Shown here: one piece after another, positions 8,573 through 21,815 of the stretch
How positions within the stretch are numbered: the stretch's first letter is position 1
Layout: each line of letters starts with the position of its first letter
DNA from: Gemmatimonadota bacterium
GTDB taxonomy: Bacteria; Gemmatimonadota; Gemmatimonadetes; Gemmatimonadales; GWC2-71-9
Direction of reading: 5' to 3'
Length of the DNA: 64,000 bases
Assembly: GCA_003222035.1 (NCBI GenBank)
Contig: QHUS01000046.1
Coordinates: forward strand, 4,299-68,298
The notes under the pieces: generated by a model
The model's input: only the letters and a program-made list of their open reading frames with translations
Database searches by the model: none
Told to the model about the DNA's origin: nothing
Program-made: the position numbers and the translations under genes

Positions 8573-10086
8573 TGACCGATCGCTTCCCGCCGCGCGGTGG
8601 CAAGCCAGACGGACGGTCGGACAGTCGGACCCGCAGGCTGGGGTGGCGTGGGGGCCGACGCTGCGGCTTGCTCGGCCAGCAGGGCCGCCACCGCTGCGAG
8701 GGGTCGCAGCAGCTCGGGGGATGGCTCGCCGACGAGCAGGCGCGCCCCGGCGCGCTCGAGGTAGGTGATGTCGATGTCGCCGCGCTGGAATTCCGGATCG
8801 TCCATCACGCGCAGGTGGAAGGCCTGCGACGACGGGATGCCGACGATCGCGAGCTCCCGCAGGGCACGCCGCATCCGCTCGAGGGCCACGCCCCGCGTCT
8901 CACCCCAGACGATCAGCTTCGCGATCAGCGAGTCGTAGTACGTCGTGATCTCGTTGCCCTCCTCGACGCCCCCATCCCAGCGCACGCCCGGGCCGCCCGG
9001 GATGCGCAGGTATTGCACGACGCCCGTCGCAGGCATGAAATCGTTCGCCGGATCCTCCGCCGTGATGCGACATTCGATCGCATGCCCGCGTGGCTGTAAG
9101 GTGCCGGCGTGCACGCGCAGCGGCTGACCCATTGCGACGCGGAGTTGCTCGCGCACGATGTCCACACCGTAGACGAGTTCGGTCACCGGGTGCTCGACCT
9201 GGAGACGCGTGTTCATCTCCAGGAAGTAGAACTCGCCGCTGGGCGCCAGCAGGAACTCGATCGTACCGGCACCGAGGTATCCGACCGCGCCGGCAGCCGA
9301 GGCCGCCGACTCGCTCATGCGGCGGCGCAAGGGCGGTGTGACCGCCACTGACGGCGCCTCTTCGATGAGCTTCTGATGCCGGCGCTGGATGCTGCACTCC
9401 CGCTCGCCCAACGCGACCACGCGTCCGAACGAGTCCGCCAGGATCTGGATCTCGATGTGTCGTGGCCGCTCGAGGTACTTCTCGAGGTACACCTCTCCGG
9501 CGCCGAACGCCTTGAGGGCTTCGCCCGTGGCCGCTTCGAACGCGCTGTCCAGCTCCGCCTCCTCGCGCACGAGTCGCATGCCCTTCCCTCCCCCGCCGGC
9601 CACGGCCTTCAGCAACACCGGATAGCCCAGTCGCGCCGCCTCCGCGCGGGCCTGCACGTGATCCGCGACCGCGCGCGTGCTGCCCGGAACGACTGGCACG
9701 CCCGCCTGCTGCATGCGGCGCCGCGCTTCAATCTTATCGCCCATCGCTCGAATCGCGGCCGCTGACGGTCCGATGAACACGAGGCCCGCCTCGACCACCG
9801 CCTCCGCGAAGGGCGCGCGCTCGGACAGGAAGCCGTACCCGGGATGTACCGCGTCGCACTGGGTGTCGCGGGCTGCGGCGACGAGTTTCGCGATGTCGAG
9901 ATACGACTCGGCCGCGGGTGCCGGGCCGATGGGCACCGCCATATCGGCGGCGCGCACGTGCGGCGACAGTCGGTCGGCCTCGGAGTACACCGCCACGGCT
10001 GTGAGGCCCTCCTCGTGGCACGCGCGGATCACCCGGAGCGCGATCTCTCCGCGATTCGCTACAAGGACTCGTTTAATAGTGGGCAT
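8569..10086 (-). CDS. accC: biotin carboxylase subunit of an acetyl/propionyl-CoA carboxylase (no fused BCCP)
   Basis: [19 protein letters not shown]...HPGYGFLSE...GGGGKGMR...[14 protein letters not shown] motifs. ATGA overlap with the downstream gene. Confidence 0.88.
   Translation of the reverse strand: MPTIKRVLVANRGEIALRVIRACHEEGLTAVAVYSEADRLSPHVRAADMAVPIGPAPAAESYLDIAKLVAAARDTQCDAVHPGYGFLSERAPFAEAVVEAGLVFIGPSAAAIRAMGDKIEARRRMQQAGVPVVPGSTRAVADHVQARAEAARLGYPVLLKAVAGGGGKGMRLVREEAELDSAFEAATGEALKAFGAGEVYLEKYLERPRHIEIQILADSFGRVVALGERECSIQRRHQKLIEEAPSVAVTPPLRRRMSESAASAAGAVGYLGAGTIEFLLAPSGEFYFLEMNTRLQVEHPVTELVYGVDIVREQLRVAMGQPLRVHAGTLQPRGHAIECRITAEDPANDFMPATGVVQYLRIPGGPGVRWDGGVEEGNEITTYYDSLIAKLIVWGETRGVALERMRRALRELAIVGIPSSQAFHLRVMDDPEFQRGDIDITYLERAGARLLVGEPSPELLRPLAAVAALLAEQAAASAPTPPQPAGPTVRPSVWLATARREAIGQ
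8607..8630. repeat. 3x8-nt array (NGTCGGAC-type) at the 3' end of accC (in frame)
   Basis: AGACGGAC GGTCGGAC AGTCGGAC. It encodes PTVRPSV. It is complementary in sense to the array at 8141-8172, 435 nt away. Confidence 0.75.
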
Positions 10087-10140
10087 CGGGTATCGTTCTC
10101 TAAACCCACGACGGATGACGAATAACGGATCACGCTCGAG

Positions 10141-11115
10141 TCAGCGACGGCACGCCGGCACGTCCGACGTCAGGTTGAAGGTTCGCAGCGGCTCGCACAA
10201 CGCGGGCGTGGTGCGCGCCGCTCGCGCGTAGGCGGCGAGCGCCGGCTGGGCCCAGGGGTCCTTGCCGTCGAGTGCGACACGCAGCGCGCCGAACACGAAG
10301 TCACGTGGCGGAACGGGCGTGCCCTTTGCCTGCTGTCCGGCCACCCACACGAGCGGGCGCGTCTCCCAACGGAGCCGGGGCCGGGTTTCGGGCGGGTGCT
10401 CGAACGCCATGCTCATGCACACCGGGCGCCGCTGGGCCAGCTCGCCGAGCAACGCGTCGGCGCTCCCGCTGCGATGTCCAAGCTTCAAGTCGGCCGCTAC
10501 GCGGCCGCGCAGCACCGCGTCGGACCGCCACACCGAGAAGGGTACGACCAGGAGATCGGGCCGGAGGCTGCGCGCGAACCGCATGTACCACGCCGCGTAG
10601 AAATCGGCGTCTCCCGCGGTGAACAACACACCGGACACCGGACATGCCCGGAGCAGATTCTCACCCAGCTCCTCCAGGACCGAGGGGATACGCAGGTCCA
10701 GCGGGAGCGGGCCCCATGTCTGTATCCCGCCGTCGTCATCGCCTCCCGTCCCGCCGCCCTCCCACGCGAGCCACGAACGGATGGTCCACGCGCCGACTCG
10801 CAGTACCCGAGCGCTGTCGCCCACGGCGGTCGTCCCCAGAGGCCCGGCCAGCGCCGCGGCGCGGGTGAGCGCCGTTTCGGCGGTATCGACCACGGCGCGA
10901 ACCCAGGTGCTGTCCTCGCTCGACCGGTGTGTGGCGCCGTGCGCATCGGCGCCCAGCTCCAGGTAGGCGCGGCCCATCAACAGCCAGAGCCGCGCATCCG
11001 TCGAATCGCGCTCCGCGCGGCTGCGCAGCTCCGCGATGGAGTCGTTGAGTGGAGGGGGCGTCGGCGCCTGCACCAGCGTCGCCAGCGCCACCGCGCTACA
11101 GAGGAATGTTACCAT
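10141..11115 (-). CDS. hypothetical secreted protein
   Basis: ORF with a signal-peptide-like N-terminus ([17 protein letters not shown]). I recognise no family. Overlaps the pccB stop by 20 nt. Confidence 0.5.
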   Translation of the reverse strand: MVTFLCSAVALATLVQAPTPPPLNDSIAELRSRAERDSTDARLWLLMGRAYLELGADAHGATHRSSEDSTWVRAVVDTAETALTRAAALAGPLGTTAVGDSARVLRVGAWTIRSWLAWEGGGTGGDDDGGIQTWGPLPLDLRIPSVLEELGENLLRACPVSGVLFTAGDADFYAAWYMRFARSLRPDLLVVPFSVWRSDAVLRGRVAADLKLGHRSGSADALLGELAQRRPVCMSMAFEHPPETRPRLRWETRPLVWVAGQQAKGTPVPPRDFVFGALRVALDGKDPWAQPALAAYARAARTTPALCEPLRTFNLTSDVPACRR

Positions 11116-12619
11116 GCTTCTTCGGCGGATTCCGGTCTCGCTTCGTGGCGAGGGTCGCGAGGGCCTCGATCAAACGGGGGCGCGTATCCCGCGGATCGAT
11201 GATGTCGTCCAGGTAGCCGCGTGCCGCCGCGAGATATGGATGCGCGAACTTCTCGCGGTATTCCGTTTCCCGCTCCTCCGTCGCGTCGTCCTTGTACAGG
11301 ATCTCCACCGCGCCTTTCGGCCCCATGACGGCGATCTCCGCCGTCGGCCAAGCCACGTTGTAGTCCCCCCGCACGTGCTTCGAGTTCATGACGTCGTAGG
11401 CGCCGCCGTACGCCTTGCGCGTGATCACCGTGAGCTTGGGCACGGTGGCTTCGCAATAGGCGAACAGCAGCTTGGCCCCGTGCTTGATGATGCCGCCGTG
11501 CTCCTGGGCCACGCCCGGAAGGAACCCGGGCACGTCCTCGAAGGTCACGAGGGGAATGTTGAAAGCGTCGCAGAACCGGATGAACCGGGCACCCTTCAGG
11601 GACGCGCTGATGTCGAGCACCCCGGCGAGCACCGCAGGCTGATTCGCGACCACACCCACGGGCCGTCCCCCGAGCCGCGCGAAGCCGACCAGCAGGTTCC
11701 CGGCGAAGTCCCGATGCACTTCGAGAAACGCGCCGTCGTCCACCACACGGCGGATCACGTCGTGCATGTCGTACGGTTTCGTGGGGCTGTCCGGCACGAC
11801 CTCCAGCAGCTCTTCGTCCCGGCGGTCCGACGGATCGGCGCAGGGGTGGACCGGTGGGTCGTCGAGGTTGTTCGAGGGCAGGAAGCCGATGAGCGCCCGA
11901 ATGCCGGCGAGACTTTCCTTTTCCTCGTCGTGCACAAAATGGGCGACGCCGGACGTGCCGCCGTGCACGTCGGCCCCGCCCAGGCCCTCGAAGTCCACGT
12001 CCTCGTGTGTCACGGTTTTCACCACGCTCGGCCCGGTGACGAACATGTAGGAGACCTTGCGGACCATGAACACGAAATCGGTGATCGCCGGACTGTACAC
12101 GGCGCCCCCCGCGCAGGGGCCCAGGATAGCGCTTATCTGCGGCACGACGCCGGACGCGAGAGTGTTGCGGAGGAAGATCTCGGCGTAGCCGCCGAGCGAC
12201 ACGACGCCTTCCTGAATGCGGGCCCCACCCGAGTCGTTGAGGCCGATGATCGGCGCCCCGTTCTTGAGCGCCAGGTCCATCACCTTGCAGATCTTCTCGG
12301 CGTGCGCCTCGGAGAGCGAGCCGCCGAACACCGTAAAGTCCTGCGCGAACACGTACACCAGCCGGCCGTCGATCTTGCCCCATCCCGTCACGACGCCGTC
12401 GCCAAGATACCGCTCGTCGGCGAGCCCGAAGTCGGTCGACCGGTGTGTGACGAACCGACCGAGCTCCACGAACGTCCCGGGGTCGAGCAGCGCATCGAGT
12501 CGCTGGCGCGCCGTCAGCTTGCCTTTGTCGTGCTGGGCCGCGATGCGCTCGGGGCCGCCGCCCAGCTCGGCCTCCGCGCGCTTCCGCTGTAATAGGTCGA
12601 GCTTCTCTTGCATGGTCAT
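11096..12619 (-). CDS. pccB: propionyl-CoA carboxylase beta chain / acyl-CoA carboxyltransferase
   Basis: [22 protein letters not shown]...[27 protein letters not shown]...[11 protein letters not shown] motifs. Confidence 0.9.
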   Translation of the reverse strand: MTMQEKLDLLQRKRAEAELGGGPERIAAQHDKGKLTARQRLDALLDPGTFVELGRFVTHRSTDFGLADERYLGDGVVTGWGKIDGRLVYVFAQDFTVFGGSLSEAHAEKICKVMDLALKNGAPIIGLNDSGGARIQEGVVSLGGYAEIFLRNTLASGVVPQISAILGPCAGGAVYSPAITDFVFMVRKVSYMFVTGPSVVKTVTHEDVDFEGLGGADVHGGTSGVAHFVHDEEKESLAGIRALIGFLPSNNLDDPPVHPCADPSDRRDEELLEVVPDSPTKPYDMHDVIRRVVDDGAFLEVHRDFAGNLLVGFARLGGRPVGVVANQPAVLAGVLDISASLKGARFIRFCDAFNIPLVTFEDVPGFLPGVAQEHGGIIKHGAKLLFAYCEATVPKLTVITRKAYGGAYDVMNSKHVRGDYNVAWPTAEIAVMGPKGAVEILYKDDATEERETEYREKFAHPYLAAARGYLDDIIDPRDTRPRLIEALATLATKRDRNPPKKHGNIPL

Positions 12620-12690
12620 GGCAAAAATCTAGGTAGCTGGGAACAGGACAGCTACAACCAGGCGCACACACGCACAGCGGTAAATAGCAA

Positions 12691-12717
12691 GAGGGGGCAG
12701 GAAAATCCTACCCCCTC
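12691..12717 (-). terminator. hairpin after rpsA (GAGGGGG-N13-CCCCCTC) followed by a T-rich stretch on the minus strand
   Basis: Seen directly, 24 nt downstream of the rpsA stop. The minus strand continues TTGCTATTTA. Confidence 0.45.
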
Positions 12718-12740
12718 GAGCCCGGTTCACCGCTGCGCGG

Positions 12741-14456
12741 CTACGCGTCTAGCGTTTGCGTCTCCTGACCGGCTGCTTGCTGTCCACCGTCTTCCTTAGG
12801 CCATCCCGTCGCCGCCAGCACGATCCGATGATGAATGGGATCCACCTCCAACACTTTCAGCTCGACCGCCTGCCCCTCCTTCACCGCGTCCCCCGGATTC
12901 TGGATATCCGGAATGCCGAGCTGCGACATGGGGACGAAGCCCTCGATGTCGTGCCCCAGATCGACGACCACGCCCTTGTCCATGAGCCGCAGTACCCGTC
13001 CGCGGAGCTCCGTCCCGACGGGATAGGTCTCGCCGATCCGGAGCCAGGGATCTTCCTGCGCCTGTTTCAGGCCGAGCGAGATCCGCTTGTTCTCCGCGTC
13101 GACGTTCAAGATCAACACCTCCACCTCGTCGCCCTTCTTGACGACTTCGGAGGGATGTTGAACGCGCTTGGTCCACGACATGTCGGAGATGTGGATCAGG
13201 CCGTCGATGCCCGGCTCAATCTCCACGAAGGCGCCGAAGGAGGTGAGATTGCGCACCTTTCCTTTGATCCGCATGCCGACCGGATACTTCTGCGGCAGCG
13301 CCATCCAGGGATCTTCCTCCGTCTGCTTCATGCCGAGCGAGACTTTCTCTTCCGTCTCGTCGACCTTGAGCACGACGGCTTCGATCGTCTCGCCGATCGA
13401 CACGAGCTTCGAGGGATGGCGGACGTTGCGCGTCCAGCTCATCTCGGAGATGTGCACCAGCCCCTCGATCCCCGGTTCGAGCTCGACGAAGGCGCCGTAG
13501 TTGGTGATCGAGACGACCTTGCCCTGTACGCGGGTCCCGACCGGATACTTCGCCGCTACGTTCTTCCATGGGTAGGGTTGCAGCTGCTTCAGCCCGAGGC
13601 TGATCCGTTCGCGCTCCCAATCGATGTCGAGGACCTTCACCTCGACTTCCTGCCCGATGTGGACCATCTCGGAGGGATGCGAGACGCGGCCATAGCTCAT
13701 GTCGGTGATGTGCAGCAAGCCGTCCACACCGCCCAGGTCGATGAAGGCGCCGAAATCGGTGATGTTCTTGACGATGCCCTTCCGCACCTGGCCGACCTGC
13801 AGCTCCTTCATGAGCACGTCGCGCTTCGTCTTGCGCTCGGCCTCGAGGAGCACGCGACGGCTGACGACGATGTTGCGGCGTCGCTTGTTGAGCTTGATGA
13901 TCTTGAACTCGAAGCTCTGGCCCAATAGCTCGTCGATGTTCGGCACGCGCCGCAGGGCGATCTGGCTGCCAGGCAGGAACGCGTCCACGCCCATGAGATC
14001 GACCACCACGCCGCCCTTGATCTTCTTCACAAGCGCCCCGGTCACCGGCTCGTCTTTCTCGTAGGCCTCGCGGATCCGCTCCCACACCCGCATGAAGTCG
14101 GCCTTTTTCTTCGAGAGAACGACGGCGCCCTCCTGGTCTTCCAAATGCTCGAGGAAAACCTCGACCTCGTCTCCTTCTTTGAGCGAATGGGCGTCCTTGA
14201 ACTCGTCGATCGCCACTGCGCCCTCCGACTTGAAGCCGACGTCGAGAATGACGGCGGTGTCGGTCACGCGCAGCACCTTCGACTTGACGATCTCCCCCTC
14301 TTCGATGTTGGAGAGGGTGCCTTCGTACAGCGCCGTCATCTTCTCGATCTCGTCCGGCGAATACTCCTCATGCAGATCGGGGCGGACGCGGAGATGAGAG
14401 TGGGGAGGGGGCGTTTCTGGCTTCGACTCGGGAAGGTCTTCCGTATCTACCAGCAT
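12741..14456 (-). CDS. rpsA: 30S ribosomal protein S1
   Basis: Six S1-domain repeats (repeated GxVxxxxxFGAFVxL.. and GLxHISxxS motifs). Confidence 0.95.
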   Translation of the reverse strand: MLVDTEDLPESKPETPPPHSHLRVRPDLHEEYSPDEIEKMTALYEGTLSNIEEGEIVKSKVLRVTDTAVILDVGFKSEGAVAIDEFKDAHSLKEGDEVEVFLEHLEDQEGAVVLSKKKADFMRVWERIREAYEKDEPVTGALVKKIKGGVVVDLMGVDAFLPGSQIALRRVPNIDELLGQSFEFKIIKLNKRRRNIVVSRRVLLEAERKTKRDVLMKELQVGQVRKGIVKNITDFGAFIDLGGVDGLLHITDMSYGRVSHPSEMVHIGQEVEVKVLDIDWERERISLGLKQLQPYPWKNVAAKYPVGTRVQGKVVSITNYGAFVELEPGIEGLVHISEMSWTRNVRHPSKLVSIGETIEAVVLKVDETEEKVSLGMKQTEEDPWMALPQKYPVGMRIKGKVRNLTSFGAFVEIEPGIDGLIHISDMSWTKRVQHPSEVVKKGDEVEVLILNVDAENKRISLGLKQAQEDPWLRIGETYPVGTELRGRVLRLMDKGVVVDLGHDIEGFVPMSQLGIPDIQNPGDAVKEGQAVELKVLEVDPIHHRIVLAATGWPKEDGGQQAAGQETQTLDA

Positions 14457-14523
14457 TCAGTACCGGTTCGGTTGTGGGTTTGGGGTTGCACTCTCCCGGG
14501 CCATGGCCCGAGGCCGGCGAAAC

Positions 14524-15231
14524 CTAGCCGGGCAGGCGCTCCCGCGCCAGCGCCACGACCTGTCCCACCTGCTCCTCGAGCCCGAGCCGGGTGGTGTCGA
14601 GAACCACCGCGTCTGCGGCAGCCTTGAGGGGAGCCACGCGCCGCGTGGAATCGGCTCGATCGCGCGCCGCCAGCACGTCCGCTTCACGCCCGACCTCGAT
14701 CGGGTCCGGCGTGCGACTTCCGCCCCGTTCGGCCAGGCGGCGCCGCGCCCGCTCCTCGGGGCTGGCGGTCAGAAACACCTTGAGGGGAGCATCGGGAAAG
14801 ACCACCGTCCCGATGTCCCGTCCGTCTACCACCACACCCCGGGGATGGCTCAGCACGGCCTCCCGTTGCTGCACATTCACCCAGTGTCGCACCTCGGGAA
14901 TGGCGGCCACCGCGGAAACGCGCTGCGTGACTCGCTCGGAGCGTATCGCCTGCGCCACATCGACTCCCGCCACCTCGGGGCGGTAGATGTCGTCCACCAG
15001 GACCAGCCGCACGGGGAGATCCTCCGCCAGGGCGACAATCTGCTGGGGGGGCCATGACGTACCGCTCCCCGCTCCCTGCTCCCTCAGATTATCCAACACG
15101 GCCAGGGTCACGGCCCGGTATAGCGCCCCAGAGTCGAGGTGGGCCCAGCCCAGCCGGCGGGCCACCAGGCCCGCCGTAGAACTCTTGCCGGAGGCGGCAG
15201 GGCCGTCGATCGCGATCACGCGGAGTGTCAC
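14524..15231 (-). CDS. cmk: cytidylate kinase
   Basis: ORF 14524..15408 trimmed to GTG 15229-15231 (GTGA overlap with the aroA stop). VIAIDGPAASGKSSTAGLVARRLGWAHLDSGALYRA. Confidence 0.85.
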   Translation of the reverse strand: MTLRVIAIDGPAASGKSSTAGLVARRLGWAHLDSGALYRAVTLAVLDNLREQGAGSGTSWPPQQIVALAEDLPVRLVLVDDIYRPEVAGVDVAQAIRSERVTQRVSAVAAIPEVRHWVNVQQREAVLSHPRGVVVDGRDIGTVVFPDAPLKVFLTASPEERARRRLAERGGSRTPDPIEVGREADVLAARDRADSTRRVAPLKAAADAVVLDTTRLGLEEQVGQVVALARERLPG

Positions 15232-16505
15232 GTTGCCCGCATGCGTCGCAGGTCGGCGAAGAACCGGGGATAGCTGATCGCAACGGATGCTCGCTCGGAG
15301 AGCCGCACGTCCGCTCCCGGAACGGTGCCAAGGACGGCAAACGCCATCGCCAGTCGGTGATCCCGCGCCGTCTCGACCCGGCCGCGCGGCGGCGTGCCCG
15401 TGCCGCAAACGAACAGGTCGTTGCCACGCGCCTCCGCCTCCCCGCCCACCGCGCGCAAGTTCGCGGCGATGAGCTCGAGCCGATTGCTCTCCTTCACCCG
15501 CAGCTCGCCCACTTCGCGGAACACCGTTTCCACTCCACGCGCCGCGCGGCTCGCCAGGACCCCGAGGATGGGGACTTCGTCGACCAGGGTCGGGATCTCG
15601 GCGGCACCCACTTCCGTGCCCCGGAGCCGAGCGGGTCGCACGACCAGGTCCGCGACCGGCTCACCGCCTTCGTTCCGCAGGTTCACTCGCTCGACGTGCG
15701 CCCCCATGCGTTCGAGCACCACGAGGAATCCCGTGCGGGTGGGGTTCACGCCGACGTTTTCGATGAGCAGCTCGCCGGCTTCGGCCAACACGGCCGCGGC
15801 GACGAGAAATGCCGCCGACGATGCGTCTCCGGGAACGGCAAGACGGAACGACGGCACGCTGCCACGACGCTCGGGGGGGCGGGGCTCGAACACGATCGCG
15901 CCGTCGCGCTCGTGCAGGCCCAGCCCCAGGTGCACCAGGAGCCGCTCGGTGTGGTCGCGGGAACGATACGGTTCGCGGATCGTGACGCTCACGTTGCCCG
16001 TGAGTCCCGCGAGCAGGAGCGCGCTCTTGATCTGGGCGCTGGCGACCGGGGTGGTGTAGGTCAGCGGGCGCAGGCGACCGCCGCGAATCCTGAGCGGAAG
16101 AGCGTCGCCGCCTTTCTCGGTGATCTCGGCACCCATCGTACGAAGCGGCTCGGTGACCCGCCGCATCGGGCGACGGCGCAGGGACGCGTCACCCGTCAAC
16201 GTCGCCGCGAATCGTTGCCCGGCGAGGATCCCGAGCATGAGACGCGCCGTCGTGCCGGAGTTGCCGCAATTCAAGCGGGAAGCGGGATGCGTGATGCGGG
16301 ATGCGTGCACGCTTACCGGGCCAGCCGCCCGGATGGGTGATATGTCCGCGCCGAGCTGACGCAGCACTCTTGCGGTCGACTTGACGTCCTCACCGGTGAG
16401 CAGACCGCTCAGTTCGCTCGTCCCACGGGCGAGAGCGGCGAGCATCAAGACGCGATGCGAGATGCTCTTGTCCCCCGGCGGTCGGACGACGCCCTGCACT
16501 TTCAC
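15228..16505 (-). CDS. aroA: 3-phosphoshikimate 1-carboxyvinyltransferase (EPSP synthase)
   Basis: PGDKSISHRVLMLAALA...GNSGTTARLM motifs. I prefer the GTG start at 16503-16505 (GTGA overlap with the tyrA stop). The alternative is the ATG at 16547. Confidence 0.85.
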   Translation of the reverse strand: MKVQGVVRPPGDKSISHRVLMLAALARGTSELSGLLTGEDVKSTARVLRQLGADISPIRAAGPVSVHASRITHPASRLNCGNSGTTARLMLGILAGQRFAATLTGDASLRRRPMRRVTEPLRTMGAEITEKGGDALPLRIRGGRLRPLTYTTPVASAQIKSALLLAGLTGNVSVTIREPYRSRDHTERLLVHLGLGLHERDGAIVFEPRPPERRGSVPSFRLAVPGDASSAAFLVAAAVLAEAGELLIENVGVNPTRTGFLVVLERMGAHVERVNLRNEGGEPVADLVVRPARLRGTEVGAAEIPTLVDEVPILGVLASRAARGVETVFREVGELRVKESNRLELIAANLRAVGGEAEARGNDLFVCGTGTPPRGRVETARDHRLAMAFAVLGTVPGADVRLSERASVAISYPRFFADLRRMRAT

Positions 16506-17344
16506 GCGTCCGCCCGGCGGCGCCACTCGGCCGCGCGCGCGAGCCACGCGGTGACGCCTGTGGCATTCCCCGTCTCGAGCGCGCGTTCGAGCTCGCCCAG
16601 CGGCTCCTCCAGGCCCCGCAGCGCCGGTAACACTTCGTCCCGGTTGAGCAGCAGGATCTCGGACCAGAGCCCGGGCTCGCTGGCGGCGAGGCGCGTGGTA
16701 TCGCGTGCCCCGGGTCCGAGCGTCGCGCCGATGGGCCCCGCCCGGGCGAAATAATTGGCCAGGAGCGAGGCTACCACCTGCGGCAGATGACTCGTGACCG
16801 CGAGCTGGTGATCATGACGGCCCGCATCGATCATGACGGGGTGAGCGGCACATGTTTCGGACCAGAAATGCGCCACTTCGCGCGCGGCTCCGTCGCCGTC
16901 CGCGGTGGGCGTGATGTACACGATGGCGTTCTGTAGCAGGTCCACGCGCGCGGCGGCGAACCCGTGCGCGTGGGTGCCGGCGAGCGGATGGCCGCCGGCG
17001 AATCGGGAGCCCAGGCCGAGCGCCTCGGCCCGGGCGACGATCGCTCGCTTGACGGAGCCCACGTCGGTGATCACGGCCCTAGCACCGATATGCGGTTTGA
17101 GCGTCTCGAGCAGCGTGAGGTTCGCCGCCGGGGGGGCGGCGAGGACCAGTAGCTCCACGGCGCGCGCGACGTCAGCCGCCAGCGGGGGCGCGTCGTCGAT
17201 CGCGCCCTGCTGCGCCGCGGCTGCGCGCTCGCCCCGCTCGGGCGACCACCCAAGCACGGTCGCGATGCCCGCCCGCTTGGCCTGCAGAGCCAGCGAGCCG
17301 CCGATCGCGCCGAGACCGATGATGCCGAGCCTGGAGGGGCGCAC
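16502..17344 (-). CDS. tyrA: prephenate/arogenate dehydrogenase
   Basis: Rossmann N-terminus IGIIGLGAIGGSLA and a GGHPLAG motif. Confidence 0.8.
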   Translation of the reverse strand: MRPSRLGIIGLGAIGGSLALQAKRAGIATVLGWSPERGERAAAAQQGAIDDAPPLAADVARAVELLVLAAPPAANLTLLETLKPHIGARAVITDVGSVKRAIVARAEALGLGSRFAGGHPLAGTHAHGFAAARVDLLQNAIVYITPTADGDGAAREVAHFWSETCAAHPVMIDAGRHDHQLAVTSHLPQVVASLLANYFARAGPIGATLGPGARDTTRLAASEPGLWSEILLLNRDEVLPALRGLEEPLGELERALETGNATGVTAWLARAAEWRRRADA

Positions 17345-17396
17345 GCGAGGAAGCTAGCCGCTCCCTGCGGAGCCTGTAAGCGCGCGCGAAACGCAC

Positions 17397-17424
17397 GAGG
17401 GCGGCCACTGACACGGCCGCCCTC
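17397..17424 (-). terminator. perfect 10-bp GC hairpin (GAGGGCGGCC-N8-GGCCGCCCTC) after the lipoprotein gene
   Basis: Seen directly, 20 nt downstream of the TAA at 17444. The minus strand continues GTGCGTTTCG. Confidence 0.55.
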
Positions 17425-17443
17425 GACGGTGTATCGGTGAGGC

Positions 17444-19048
17444 TTAGTCGCTGGTGCTCGGCGGATCGATGAACGTCACCGAGAGGTTGTCGAACGCCGC
17501 GGATCCGTCCCCGGTGCCCGCGAACCGGACGAACGAGATCTCCACGCCGCGCGCTGCCTGGAAGCAGATCGTCTGGGGTGCATCGGACGTGGACGTGGTC
17601 CTCCCGAGGGACACGATTCCCTCGCCCTCCGCAAACGCTTCAATGAAGCCCGTTGCTTCGGGTCCGACGGCATCCACGTCGATGCACACGGTCGACACAG
17701 GAGCACCGAAATCGGCCTCGATGACACCATCATTGTTCTCACTGAAGGCAGCCGACCCGCTGGAGCATACGCTCACCGCGTTTCCCGTGAACGTGTTACC
17801 GTTCGAGTTGGCGAACACCGATGACCCCTGAGCGCAACTCTCCCCTTCACCGGAAAGCCGCGTGAACGTCACTCCCTGGGGGTTGTACTGATTGTTGATG
17901 AGCGTTCCCGAGGGTACGCCGTCGAAATCGATGTCCGTCGGCAGCACCCAGCCGATGCGGCTGAAGGAGCCCGACAGCCCTCCGGCCCCGACGTGAGCCG
18001 CGTACGCGGAGGCGGGAGCGAGCCACGACCCGACATGATGCAGCAGCCCGCGCGCGAACGACGCGAACGGACTCCCGACCCGGGAGCTGGCGAAGCCCTC
18101 GCACGTGACGAACGGCGCCGCCGCGTTTGGCAACGGCGTGACGGTCCCTGCTCCCTCACCTTCCTCGACGCTGAACAGCTGCGCCGCCGCGTGCTCCGGG
18201 CTCGACTCAGGAACTTCCACGCAGATCCCCACGGTCACGTCCGTGTTGAACAGGCCGACATCGGGCGAGGTCCTGAAGCGATAACAGCCCTCCGCCTGCG
18301 GCAGATCGCGCGGCACGCAAGGGCCATCCAGGTCTGCAACGTTCACGCGTTCGATCGTCACCACGACGTTATCAGTCCCGAGTAGCTTCACCACGTCGGG
18401 GCGGATCCAGCCGTTGGGGAACAGGGCACCCGCGAAGCCGGTGTTAGTGATCACGGTGCCGCCCGCGTTCGACACGCTCGCCTCGGCGCAGTCGCGCTCG
18501 CAGTTCGTGCCGAACGCCCCGCGCTCGATCCGGAACTGGATCGGTAGCTTGCGGCCGTCGACCAGTCCGATGTACTCACCCGTATTCACGTTTTTCAGGC
18601 CGCTTCCATTGTTCACCGGGTCCACATCCGCCCAGCCGAGGAGCAGCCCGTTGCGCGAACCGAAAACTTGGATGCGGTAGAACTTGTTGGGGTCGATCAA
18701 TGGCTGGCCCGTGTTCCAGTTCACCATGTACTGCTTACCTGTGAGATCCGCGTCGGCTGCGAGAACGACGACCGGGGGGGCGCTCGAGCACCCCAGCGGC
18801 TTGTTGTTGTTGTTGACGTCTACGTCGAGCTGGCAGATAACTACGACCGGCTTGAGAGTAGGATTGAACGTCCCTGTGAAGCTCGGCTGCTTCACGAGCG
18901 GCGGGAGGAAGAAGAAGTGGAGATTCGGGCCGCCGTTCGCTCCATCCCGAAGCTCCGCCGACGGCGAATGCACGCCCGTGGGCGAGCGTCGGTCGACTTG
19001 ACAGGCGACAAACAGAACACAAGCGAGCACTAGGGCGATGCGCTTCAT
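17444..19048 (-). CDS. hypothetical lipoprotein
   Basis: ORF 17444..19159 trimmed to ATG 19046-19048, which has GGAGG upstream. MKRIALVLACVLFVAC lipobox. I recognise no family. Confidence 0.6.
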   Translation of the reverse strand: MKRIALVLACVLFVACQVDRRSPTGVHSPSAELRDGANGGPNLHFFFLPPLVKQPSFTGTFNPTLKPVVVICQLDVDVNNNNKPLGCSSAPPVVVLAADADLTGKQYMVNWNTGQPLIDPNKFYRIQVFGSRNGLLLGWADVDPVNNGSGLKNVNTGEYIGLVDGRKLPIQFRIERGAFGTNCERDCAEASVSNAGGTVITNTGFAGALFPNGWIRPDVVKLLGTDNVVVTIERVNVADLDGPCVPRDLPQAEGCYRFRTSPDVGLFNTDVTVGICVEVPESSPEHAAAQLFSVEEGEGAGTVTPLPNAAAPFVTCEGFASSRVGSPFASFARGLLHHVGSWLAPASAYAAHVGAGGLSGSFSRIGWVLPTDIDFDGVPSGTLINNQYNPQGVTFTRLSGEGESCAQGSSVFANSNGNTFTGNAVSVCSSGSAAFSENNDGVIEADFGAPVSTVCIDVDAVGPEATGFIEAFAEGEGIVSLGRTTSTSDAPQTICFQAARGVEISFVRFAGTGDGSAAFDNLSVTFIDPPSTSD

Positions 19049-19253
19049 GGCTCGGCTCCTCCAATGCTTCGGGGACGGCAACACGGCTTCCGGCAGCCCG
19101 GGTACCCGCTGCCTGATCCGGCGGGTCGGCAAATTCTGCGCCGCACGCCGATACGCCAACCTGCTGCGCCAAAATCACTTGTCAGTCGTGGATCGAGCGG
19201 TAATGAGGCGGCTGTGGCATACATGCTACAACCTGCATGTTGTCCGACCTAGT

Positions 19254-21761
<2,508 letters not shown>

Positions 21762-21815
21762 GGGCGTGGGAGTCTAGCTTACAACGCGACGCCGCCCGCC
21801 GCCAGCGTGCTACCG

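Noticed and set aside
19049-19253. The 205-nt gap upstream of the lipoprotein gene as a possible small RNA or riboswitch.
   Set aside because: Only a short hairpin after the kinase stop (ACATGC-N8-GCATGT) is visible. I recognised no conserved motif and found no convincing promoter or terminator pair.
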